Below are positions 46,404 through 54,432 of a stretch of DNA of 64,000 bases, piece by piece; position 1 is the stretch's first letter, and each line of letters begins with the position of its first letter. Below the pieces are notes generated by a model, which searched no databases, had not been told where the DNA came from, and worked only from the letters and a program-made list of their open reading frames with translations. This DNA comes from an uncultured Clostridia bacterium. GTDB taxonomy: Bacteria; Bacillota; Clostridia; Christensenellales; CAG-917. Position numbers and translations under genes: made by a program. The stretch covers positions 2,837 to 66,836 of the forward strand of contig CANQBO010000003.1 in assembly GCA_947589475.1 (NCBI GenBank). Reading direction: 5' to 3'.

Positions 46404-46484
46404 GTAAAGTCGAAAGCGCATGGGCGCGAGATAAGCGCGGCATATAGACAAAGATATAAAAGCGTTGAAATGATCACATCCAAG

Positions 46485-46509
46485 AAAAAACCGAGCGAGA
46501 TATGCTCGG
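46485..46509 (-). terminator. Rho-independent terminator of the ABC-2/TerB-like operon
   Basis: CCGAGC-GAGATAT-GCTCGG, with TTTTTT following on the minus strand. Confidence 0.65.
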
Positions 46510-46542
46510 CTTTTAAAGGTTGATCTGTATGCTTAGGTCAAG

Positions 46543-46989
46543 TCAGACAAGGCGCTCGATATAGTGGCGTTCTTTGGGCGAGAGTTTGCCGTTTTCCGCC
46601 ATGATAAGCAGGCAAAGGCATACGATGTCCGACTTCAGCTCCTCGCCCGCCGCGCGAAAGATGTCGTGCATGGCGCCGAGGTTGCTTTCCACTTCTTCTT
46701 GCACGTCCGAGGAAACTTTGTAGGCGCGTTTTATCTCGGCGATGTCGCACTCGTTCCCCAAAGCTTTTATGAGAGACGGGAAGATGAAAAGGTAGTCCTT
46801 TTCGCATATTCCGCCGTCGGATACCGTCGACCCTACGATGTATGCCGCGATCGTGCGGACGGGGTCGGAGGGCGTGTGAAGCTTGCGGATCCCTTTGATG
46901 ACGGCGATAGACTTGCAATTCATGAGCGCCGCTCTTTGAGAGGGGGTGAGCGATTCGATGAGGCGATAAAGCGTTTGACGTCCAAACAT
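46543..46989 (-). CDS. Hypothetical protein, possibly TerB-like
   Basis: 148 aa, starting 24 nt downstream of the permease gene. The C-terminal LLIMAENGKLSPKERHYIERL resembles the TerB ADG...E...L repeat. The assignment is weak. Confidence 0.45.
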   Translation of the reverse strand: MFGRQTLYRLIESLTPSQRAALMNCKSIAVIKGIRKLHTPSDPVRTIAAYIVGSTVSDGGICEKDYLFIFPSLIKALGNECDIAEIKRAYKVSSDVQEEVESNLGAMHDIFRAAGEELKSDIVCLCLLIMAENGKLSPKERHYIERLV

Positions 46990-47013
46990 AGATATGCCTC
47001 CCGATGGGATCTT

Positions 47014-48663
47014 TTATAGCGGCAGATCCTTTTTGATGAACCGCACGGAGCCGACTATATATCCTATAAGCCCAAGCACGAACAGTATCACGAATTTCCA
47101 TACGAATGTCAGCGTGCCGCTTGTTATGGATATTGCGTCGAACAGCGTGATTATCGTCGCATAGTTGAAGTAATTGAGCGCGTTTAAGCGCACTATGGAC
47201 GGCATTATTTTGCTTCCGAACAGTCCGAGCATCGCGGCGACCAACGAGAATATACTGAGTCCGCCGCCCAACGCCATGGAGTGCTTGCTCCTGTCGAACC
47301 AGCACGACGTAAAGAAGCACAGCCCCGAGAGCGCAAACAGCACGAGGAACGCGCCTACGTTAAAGAGCAATATGCTTTGATAGGATATCTTTGCGACGGC
47401 TTCGCCGACTATCGCCATGCATACGCAGCTTGTAATTGCCGAGCACATGAACATCACAAGCAGGGATACGACGAGGAATGTCGCTTGCGTAAACACTACG
47501 GATTGACGCTTCGTGGACGAGGAGAGTATGTATGCCATAGAGCCGCTGTCCACTTGTCCCGCAATGAGGTTGTTGGACGCCATTATCATGTAGATTATGG
47601 GGAGCAACAGTCCCGCCAGTTTGAAGAATACGGAGCCTACGACGAGGTCGTAGAGGTTGAGTTGAGCAAGCTCTTCGAGCGCCGCCGCGACGTCCGCGGG
47701 CAGGGAGGACATAAAGTTCATGGATATATCGCCCGCAAGCTCGGTCTTTATCTCGGCGACTTTTGCGGCATAATCTTCCGCTTCGGGGTCGAGTTTGGAA
47801 ATTTCGAGGTCCAGCCTGCTTAGGTAAGAGACCAAAGTGCTTTCGGCGATGTCCTTCACGTGCGCATAGTCATAGCCGTAGCTCTCGAATCTTTCGCTCG
47901 AAATGTCGAATTTTTCAAGCTCCGCGAGTATCTTGTCCATGTTTGCTTTCTCGGTCAGGTTGCCCGCAAGGAATATAGCGGAGCAATTCGTCGCGCGGTC
48001 TTTTCTGAATTTAGCTCTTTCAGAACTCGCGAAATATTTATCAAGACCCGTGAGATAGGCGGAAAAAAGTTCGTTTTGATTAAAATATGCGTCAGGGATT
48101 TCTTCTTCGTGCGAGGTATAGAACTCGTCAAACATGCCTTTTATACTGCCTAAGTCGGGCATAGCGTCTCCTTCCATATCTTCCTCATCGATGTCTGGCG
48201 GGTTTATCGCATACGCCACGCAACCGAACATCTCCAAAAACTCCACCGACTCCTCGGTGTAAGACGGGTCGGTCCTCTGCAATTTTTCAAGAATGTATTG
48301 TTGCAAACTCGTCACGGAATCCGAATACGCGTTCGTGAAAATTTCGACAATGGTCTTTTGCAAATTCGGATCTGCGAAATCCAGCTTAGTAAGTCCCTCG
48401 CTAAGCTTGAGCGCAAACTCATTGTCGAATTTTTCCATGCCGTCAAGCTGAGTTTCGTAATAATTCAGCTCTCTGCTTTCGATGGTGGAGTCTATCTGCT
48501 CTTTGACCATAGAATCTCCGACGGCGGTCAGCGTGGTGCTGATGTTGCCGTTTCCGCTTATCAGCATGACGCAGGCGAGCATGAAACACTCCATAAATGT
48601 GATTATCGCCCACATAGTTCCGTTTGCTTTGCAGGATTGCTTGAACAATGCTTTACTGAACAT
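47014..48663 (-). CDS. ABC-2-type permease with a large extracytoplasmic domain of about 300 aa
   Basis: One N-terminal TM segment, a long acidic soluble region, then five C-terminal TM segments. It overlaps the upstream ATPase gene. Confidence 0.75.
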   Translation of the reverse strand: MFSKALFKQSCKANGTMWAIITFMECFMLACVMLISGNGNISTTLTAVGDSMVKEQIDSTIESRELNYYETQLDGMEKFDNEFALKLSEGLTKLDFADPNLQKTIVEIFTNAYSDSVTSLQQYILEKLQRTDPSYTEESVEFLEMFGCVAYAINPPDIDEEDMEGDAMPDLGSIKGMFDEFYTSHEEEIPDAYFNQNELFSAYLTGLDKYFASSERAKFRKDRATNCSAIFLAGNLTEKANMDKILAELEKFDISSERFESYGYDYAHVKDIAESTLVSYLSRLDLEISKLDPEAEDYAAKVAEIKTELAGDISMNFMSSLPADVAAALEELAQLNLYDLVVGSVFFKLAGLLLPIIYMIMASNNLIAGQVDSGSMAYILSSSTKRQSVVFTQATFLVVSLLVMFMCSAITSCVCMAIVGEAVAKISYQSILLFNVGAFLVLFALSGLCFFTSCWFDRSKHSMALGGGLSIFSLVAAMLGLFGSKIMPSIVRLNALNYFNYATIITLFDAISITSGTLTFVWKFVILFVLGLIGYIVGSVRFIKKDLPL

Positions 48664-49564
48664 TTTTGCTTTCTCCTTGTCTCATCAAAATGTCTTTGAA
48701 ATGCCTCTCTAGCGTATAAGGTATCTCGGATATAAATTTTACGTTGTAGTTTTTGAGCGTTTCCAAAAGCCTCCCCGTCTCGCCGATATTGACGCATATC
48801 GTCGCTTGATTGTATTGCTCCTGCGTGCGTATGACTGTAAACTTCTCGTTTAAGAAGCGCGAATAGTCATCTGCGGTGAGAAATTCTATTTTGAATTCCT
48901 TTTCGGGGCGAGCGCGCAGGGCGTGCATATCCGCGATGTCAACTATATGCCCGCTGTCTATAAGCGCGACTCTGTCGCAAGTCGTTTCGAGTTCCTCATA
49001 GAGGTGACTGCTTATGAATATAGTCTTGCCTTTTGAGTGCTCCTCTTTTAAAATGTCGAGGAATGTGACGCGCATGAGAGGGTCCAATCCCGTCGTAGGC
49101 TCGTCCAAAATTATTATGGGAAGGTCTGCCATCAGCGCCGCGACAAGCGCCGTCTTTTGTTTCATGCCCTTGCTCATGCGCTTCAGGTTCGCGCGCGGAT
49201 CGAGTTGCAACCTCTCGATAAGCTCTTTCGCATAGGATAGATCCGTGACTCCCAGAAATTCCGCCTGGCTCTTCAAAAAGTTTATGCCCGTCTTGAGGTC
49301 GGGGAAGGCGATCTCCCCCGGCACGTAGCCTATGTTTTTGAGTATCTCGCTCGAGTGCTCCCAAGAGGTAAGCCCGTTCACCTTCGCCGTGCCGCTCGTT
49401 GGCTTTATAAACCCGAGCATACTGCGTATAGTAGTCGTCTTTCCGCTTCCGTTCGTACCGACGAAACCCACCATTTCGCCCTGTTCAATGTTAAGGTCGA
49501 TGTCGAAAATGCCTCTGCCGTATCCGTAATCCTTTGTGAGGCCGTTTGTCTCTATCAAACTCAT
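48653..49564 (-). CDS. ABC transporter ATP-binding protein (second of two)
   Basis: GFVGTNGSGKTTTI, MSKGMKQKTALV and IILDEPTTGLD. Confidence 0.9.
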   Translation of the reverse strand: MSLIETNGLTKDYGYGRGIFDIDLNIEQGEMVGFVGTNGSGKTTTIRSMLGFIKPTSGTAKVNGLTSWEHSSEILKNIGYVPGEIAFPDLKTGINFLKSQAEFLGVTDLSYAKELIERLQLDPRANLKRMSKGMKQKTALVAALMADLPIIILDEPTTGLDPLMRVTFLDILKEEHSKGKTIFISSHLYEELETTCDRVALIDSGHIVDIADMHALRARPEKEFKIEFLTADDYSRFLNEKFTVIRTQEQYNQATICVNIGETGRLLETLKNYNVKFISEIPYTLERHFKDILMRQGESKNVQ

Positions 49565-50493
49565 TCGAGCGCACCTCCGAAATTTTTGTCTTCCTTATAG
49601 AATTTCATAAAATAGTCCTCGAGCGACTCGCGACGATTGCCGAAATCTTTTACGGAGTACTCCGACAACAGCGATAGGGCGGCATTGATGTCCTCATCCT
49701 CTATTGACAGCAAAAGTTTTGCACTGCCGCCGTCCAAAAGTTGAAATGAGGGGAGCTTTTTCGCCTTCCTTGCAAAGTCCGCCGCGTCCTGTCTGTTGTA
49801 AAACCTTATCTCGTAAAACTTTCTCGAGGCGTGCTTAAGCTCGTCCGCGACAAATTCGGACACAATCTTGCCATCCTTGATGATCGCAATCCTGTCGCAG
49901 GTCGCGTCCACTTCCGAGAAGATGTGGCTTGAGAGCAATATCGTCTTGCCTCGCTCTTTCTCTTCGCGTATGAACTCGATGAATTTGTTTTGCATGACGG
50001 GGTCGAGTCCGCTTGTCGGTTCGTCGAGTATGAGCACTTCGGGGTCGTGCATAAACGCCACGACGACGGCAAGTTTTCGCTTTTCGCCCAAACTCATGCG
50101 CTTCGTCTCGTTTTTCAGCGTAACGTCGTCAAGTTTGAACATGTCGAGCATTTTCGACAGTTGTTCATCATTGCGGATGTGTTGCATGTCCTGCATCATG
50201 CGGATGAAATCCCAACCCGTGAGTCCCGCGGGAAGGGCAATCTCACCCGGTATGTAGCCCACGCGGTCCAATATCTCGGCATAGTTTTCAAACGTCGGTT
50301 TGCCAAACAGATAGGTCTCGCCTTCGCCCGGCTTTGAAAACCCCATGAGATGGCGTATCGTAGTGGACTTTCCCGCGCCGTTTGGTCCCAAGAAACCGAA
50401 AACTTCGCCCTCATCCACTTCAAAACTCACGTCGAACACGCCTCGTCCGCTGCCGTAGTCCTTTGTCAGATTTTTTACTTCGATGACTTTCAT
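49561..50493 (-). CDS. ABC transporter ATP-binding protein (first of two)
   Basis: GFLGPNGAGKSTTI, MSLGEKRKLAVV and LILDEPTSGLD. Confidence 0.9.
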   Translation of the reverse strand: MKVIEVKNLTKDYGSGRGVFDVSFEVDEGEVFGFLGPNGAGKSTTIRHLMGFSKPGEGETYLFGKPTFENYAEILDRVGYIPGEIALPAGLTGWDFIRMMQDMQHIRNDEQLSKMLDMFKLDDVTLKNETKRMSLGEKRKLAVVVAFMHDPEVLILDEPTSGLDPVMQNKFIEFIREEKERGKTILLSSHIFSEVDATCDRIAIIKDGKIVSEFVADELKHASRKFYEIRFYNRQDAADFARKAKKLPSFQLLDGGSAKLLLSIEDEDINAALSLLSEYSVKDFGNRRESLEDYFMKFYKEDKNFGGALE

Positions 50494-50600
50494 AGTTTCT
50501 CCCTAGACGCCATAGTAAACTTTTTTACAGTTGTTGATTTTTCAAATCGCATAGATTATACTATACAGAGTAAAAAAATGACGAGTACAATATCGACAAA

Positions 50601-50620
50601 ATTGTCAAAATTTTGACAAT
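50601..50620. promoter_or_regulatory. 20-bp perfect palindrome, probable TetR operator in the divergent promoter region
   Basis: ATTGTCAAAA|TTTTGACAAT lies between the ABC operon start (50493) and the TetR start (50652). It is flanked by TATCGACA and TGTCGATA. Confidence 0.55.
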
Positions 50621-50651
50621 GTCGATAATTTTGTAAAAAAGGAAGGCAACT

Positions 50652-51221
50652 ATGAAAGTACAAAACGCAAACAACTCCTCACTCAAGACGCGCAAACTCA
50701 TAAAAGATACGTTTTCCGAGATGCTTTCCGAAAAGAAAGAAATAAACAAAATTACAGTGAGCGAGCTTGCTCAGCGCGCAAATATAAGTCGCGCAACTTT
50801 TTACGCGCATTTCGACGACATCTACGCCGTTGCGGAGGAATTCAAGACGGAGCTTTTCGACGCGCTCTTTTCGAATGAGGAGCTGGGTTCCGCAAACGAC
50901 TTCGCACAGTTTTTCGAAACCATATTTTTGTTTATGAAACGAAATGACGAGAACTATCAAATACTGTGCAGATCTGACGTCACGCTGTTTTATGCAAGCA
51001 AATTCATAGTGCTCGTATGCAACAAGTTTTTGGAGTTGGTATACAACGATAAGCGCATCAAAAATCACGACAATATCGAGCTTGAGATCCGCGTCTTTTT
51101 TGAGGGTAGCCTGTTTGAATATGTCAAGTATTGCCGCGGGCAGTCTGCTTTTACGCTCGACGACCTCCACGTCTTTGCCAAAGAGTGGTGCCGTAAATTC
51201 ATTATAGGCCGCAGTATATGA
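50652..51221 (+). CDS. TetR/AcrR-family transcriptional regulator
   Basis: N-terminal HTH ITVSELAQRANISRATFYAHFDDIY. Confidence 0.9.
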   Translation: MKVQNANNSSLKTRKLIKDTFSEMLSEKKEINKITVSELAQRANISRATFYAHFDDIYAVAEEFKTELFDALFSNEELGSANDFAQFFETIFLFMKRNDENYQILCRSDVTLFYASKFIVLVCNKFLELVYNDKRIKNHDNIELEIRVFFEGSLFEYVKYCRGQSAFTLDDLHVFAKEWCRKFIIGRSI

Positions 51222-51266
51222 GCGCTCTCCGTCCGTGATCACATAAACAATAACGCAAGTCAGTAC

Positions 51267-51284
51267 CACCAGCTTAGCTGGTGG
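51267..51284. repeat. 18-nt palindromic repeat, copy 1
   Basis: CACCAGCTTAGCTGGTGG. It is internally palindromic (CCACCAGCT-T-AGCTGGTGG). Confidence 0.9.
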
Positions 51285-51571
51285 CTTGCTCTGCGGCCCT
51301 GCCGCTCGTTCCCGGCATAGACGCAAAGCGTCCTTATCGCATGCCTATGCCTATATCCTGCGTTTTACCTCTTCCTATCGCTTATCGTATACTGTTGTTC
51401 CAAATTCATTTCTCTACTTGCTTTTTTATTATGTTGACTTTATGCAATATCATATGTTAAACTTTTCTTGTTCATATGAGATACCTCCATGTATTGAGTT
51501 CGCGGCTGACGGAACCGCTTACATCTTACACGGAGGTTTTATTTTCCTCATCGCTAAAGCTCTTCCTGCCT

Positions 51572-51589
51572 CACCAGCTTAGCTGGTGG
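51572..51589. repeat. 18-nt palindromic repeat, copy 2
   Basis: An identical CACCAGCTTAGCTGGTGG lies 305 nt downstream of copy 1. Confidence 0.9.
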
Positions 51590-51700
51590 TTAAGCCACAA
51601 ATCAAAAGCGAGCGCCGTATTTCGTGCGCTCGCTTGTACAGTGTATATAAACTATAAATCGTTAAAGCCATTCATACCAATTATTCCGATATGGTTTTTA

Positions 51701-52498
51701 TCAGAGCATGAACTCACCTCTCGTCACCCTTTTCATAAACGCGAGCACAAATCTTACGGTAGCGTCGCGCTGAGCCTTTTTGTCTTGCTCGCTTATGCCG
51801 TCTCCGTCATTGTTGAAAAACTTCAGCACGCTGTCGTTGTCCGCGGTCGAAAAGCTCATATGCGCGCCGGGAGATATTTCATGCTCCTCGCAAAACGCCT
51901 TGTTTACGCACATAGACGAGGCGGCAGTTTGAGCGGCGGACAGCACTCGGTCGCCCTCCGCCCGCAGTATGAGAGAGGGAATTTCTGCGTCCGCCACATT
52001 GTAAAAGTCTTTGACGTCGTCTCCCTCGAACATCGCTCCGTCATAGTCGAAGCAAAGAGGGGCAAGCAGGATGAGACCCTCCGTCCTTTCGGGGTCCTCC
52101 TGCGCGCGCCTTATCGCGGCTCCTCCGCCTTGAGAGTGCCCGCCGAGGAAGAAACGCACGTCTTTGAAGCGCTCGAGCGCGGGTTCGCTGTCCCTGTAAT
52201 TATAAAAAGCGAACATCACTTTCGGAAATACCGCCAAATAACCTTCGCGGGCAAGCGCCTCGCCGAGATATTTGTAGTTTTGCTCGGAGATCATCGTGCC
52301 GACGTAGAAAATAAGTCCCGCCGCGGGCGTCGCGCCCTTTGGAGAGAATATGAGGGAGTCCTCGCCGTCCTCAATGCTCGTCTCAAAGTCGTTATCCTTG
52401 CCGTAATCGACTTCGGGAAGAGGCTTGTCGCATGCGGCAAGCGCGACGAGAAGAAATGCGAATATCGCTGTAAGCAAAAGTGAAAGTCGTTTTTTCAT
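51701..52498 (-). CDS. Alpha/beta-hydrolase lipoprotein (dienelactone hydrolase/chlorophyllase-like)
   Basis: Signal plus lipobox MKKRLSLLLTAIFAFLLVALAAC and nucleophile elbow GGHSQGGG. Confidence 0.75.
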   Translation of the reverse strand: MKKRLSLLLTAIFAFLLVALAACDKPLPEVDYGKDNDFETSIEDGEDSLIFSPKGATPAAGLIFYVGTMISEQNYKYLGEALAREGYLAVFPKVMFAFYNYRDSEPALERFKDVRFFLGGHSQGGGAAIRRAQEDPERTEGLILLAPLCFDYDGAMFEGDDVKDFYNVADAEIPSLILRAEGDRVLSAAQTAASSMCVNKAFCEEHEISPGAHMSFSTADNDSVLKFFNNDGDGISEQDKKAQRDATVRFVLAFMKRVTRGEFML

Positions 52499-52614
52499 AA
52501 TTTGTTTCCCGAAAAATTGTAGCATATAAAGCTCTGTTTTACAATATGTCGCATACTTTGATTTTTCCGTGGAAATTTGGCGGGCGAGATGTTATAATGA
52601 CGTCGGAGGCATTT

Positions 52615-54156
52615 ATGAAAGACATCGACGATATGACGCTTATCGACGCGCTGCGTCTTTACGCGCGGGAGGGATATGTCCCATTCCACATGCCGGGGCA
52701 CAAGCGCAATCCGAAGTTTGAATATCTCAAGGGTATGTCGGACATCGACGTCACCGAGATAGACGGTTTTGACAACTTGCACGCGGCAAGCGGAATTTTG
52801 AAGCGCATAAACGACAGAGCGGCGAAAGTTTTCGGCGTACGGGCGTCGCGCATGCTCGTCGGCGGGAGCACGGCGGGCATACTCGCCTCGGTGCGCGCGC
52901 TCACGAGAAGGGGGGACGGCATACTCATCGCGCGCAACTGTCACGGGAGCGTTTTTAATGCGGCGGAGATCTGCGGACTTGACATGCGCTATGTTTTGCC
53001 CGATATGCTCGACGTTGGGTTTTACGGCTCCGTCACGCCCGCCGCGGTTAAGGATGCGCTTGACAAAAGCGGCGACGTCAAGCTTGTCGTCGTCACAAGC
53101 CCCACGTACGAGGGAGTTATATCGGACGTCGCGAGCATAGCGGAGGTCTGTCACAGCTTCGGCGCGAGACTGCTTGTGGACGAGGCGCACGGCGCGCACC
53201 TAGGGTTTGCGACTTTCGAGGAGAGCGCAAGACATCTGGGCGCGGACATAGTCGTAAACAGCTTGCATAAGACGTTGCCCTCGCTCACGCAGACCGCAAT
53301 ACTCCACATCTGCGCGGAGGATATAGACATATCCGCGGTGGACGAACAGCTTGCGATGTTCGAGACCGGCTCGCCTTCCTATCCGCTCATGGCGTCCATA
53401 GAGGGGTGCATAGGCTATCTCGAGGGCGTCGGGGCAAGCGAGTGGGCGAAAAACGTCGCCGCTTTGAGAGAGGAACTTAAAGGACTGAAAGCTTTTGAGC
53501 TGTACGACGGAGAGGGAGCGTACAAGTTTGACATCTCCAAACTCACTTTTATCTCGCGTTGCGAAATGAGCGGGACTCGGCTTATGCGCGCGCTTAGTGA
53601 GGAGTACGGCATAGAGCTTGAGATGGCGGGCGTAAACTACGCTATAGCTATGTGCGGAGCGGGAGACGAGGCGGAAATGTATTCAATGCTTAAAGAAGCG
53701 CTTTTCAAGTTGTTTGACGACGAAGTTACCTCGAAAAGTATTCCAAATAAAACACATTTTGAGAGTAGTTTTCCAAAAACAAGCCAAAATGAGAGTACTT
53801 TGCCGAATTTGTCGAACGGGAGCGAGCGCAAAGTAACGACTGTGCGCACACCGCGCGACATAGGAGAAGGAGCGTTGACGCCCGCGGGCGCGCTGAGACT
53901 TCCTCCGCTTCCCGAGAAAGTCATGAACGCTTGCGACGCGAGGGAGCGCGATTTTCGGTTTGTTCCCATCGAGGAAGCCGAAGGCAGGATCGCCGCCGAA
54001 AACATAAGGGCGTATCCCCCGGGATGTCCGCTCGTCGTCAAGGGCGAGAGAATAGACGGCGCGACTCTTGCCGCGCTAAGTAGCCTGTACGAGTGCGGAG
54101 TCGAGGTGCAGGGGTCAAAGGGAGCCTTCCCGCAAAATGTCGCGGTTCTCGCTTGA
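52615..54156 (+). CDS. PLP-dependent Orn/Lys/Arg decarboxylase family protein (YaaO/SpeA-like)
   Basis: GGAGG lies 5 nt before the ATG at 52615. Motifs: VPFHMPGHKRN and the PLP lysine in NSLHKTLPSLTQTA. A low-complexity insert of about 50 aa (SKSIPNKTHFESSFPKTSQNESTLPN...) is present. Confidence 0.8.
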   Translation: MKDIDDMTLIDALRLYAREGYVPFHMPGHKRNPKFEYLKGMSDIDVTEIDGFDNLHAASGILKRINDRAAKVFGVRASRMLVGGSTAGILASVRALTRRGDGILIARNCHGSVFNAAEICGLDMRYVLPDMLDVGFYGSVTPAAVKDALDKSGDVKLVVVTSPTYEGVISDVASIAEVCHSFGARLLVDEAHGAHLGFATFEESARHLGADIVVNSLHKTLPSLTQTAILHICAEDIDISAVDEQLAMFETGSPSYPLMASIEGCIGYLEGVGASEWAKNVAALREELKGLKAFELYDGEGAYKFDISKLTFISRCEMSGTRLMRALSEEYGIELEMAGVNYAIAMCGAGDEAEMYSMLKEALFKLFDDEVTSKSIPNKTHFESSFPKTSQNESTLPNLSNGSERKVTTVRTPRDIGEGALTPAGALRLPPLPEKVMNACDARERDFRFVPIEEAEGRIAAENIRAYPPGCPLVVKGERIDGATLAALSSLYECGVEVQGSKGAFPQNVAVLA

Positions 54157-54214
54157 CAGCGCGCGTATTAGGTGGTAGAATTATCTCAATAAAAATTTGG
54201 AGTTGAATTGAATT

Positions 54215-54361
54215 ATGAAGAGAATCGTTACCCTCAAAACTCGCAATTTGAACGAGAGCAAACAAAACGGCGGTTGCGGCGAGTGCCAAACCTCCTGCCA
54301 ATCCGCTTGCAAGACATCCTGCGGCGTTGCAAACCAGAAGTGCGAAAAAGCCGCAAAGTGA
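54215..54361 (+). CDS. scfA: SCIFF six-cysteine ranthipeptide precursor (48 aa)
   Basis: It is not in the ORF track because it is shorter than 60 aa. Translation: MKRIVTLKTRNLNESKQNGGCGECQTSCQSACKTSCGVANQKCEKAAK*. The GGCGECQTSCQSACKTSC core is the SCIFF signature. Confidence 0.9.
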   Translation: MKRIVTLKTRNLNESKQNGGCGECQTSCQSACKTSCGVANQKCEKAAK

Positions 54362-54432
54362 GTAAGGCAAAAATTTGTCGGAAATTCGCCTAGCTTTGTC
54401 TAGGCGTTTTTTATGGGGGAAAGGAAATTTTT

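Noticed and set aside
46335-46523. 62-aa ORF between the dehydrogenase and the TerB-like gene
   Set aside because: It spans two terminator hairpins (46379-46403 and 46485-46509), and it has no RBS and no motif.
51476-52483. 335-aa ORF on the plus strand
   Set aside because: It is antisense to the alpha/beta-hydrolase lipoprotein gene, which has a signal peptide, a lipobox and a GxSxG motif. The ORF itself has no motifs. Other antisense ORFs are dismissed the same way: 52495..53199, 54862..55719, 56133..56696, 50679..51326, 46538..47320, 31013..31996, 28649..29407, 25982..26746, 21280..21906, 21913..22662, 13626..14270, 11469..12209 and 5641..6477.
54208-54393. 61-aa ORF from the ORF track overlapping the SCIFF locus
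   Set aside because: It is a different reading frame from the 48-aa SCIFF precursor (54215-54361). Its basic, low-complexity translation has no family resemblance, whereas the SCIFF frame reproduces the GGCGECQTSCQSACKTSC signature.
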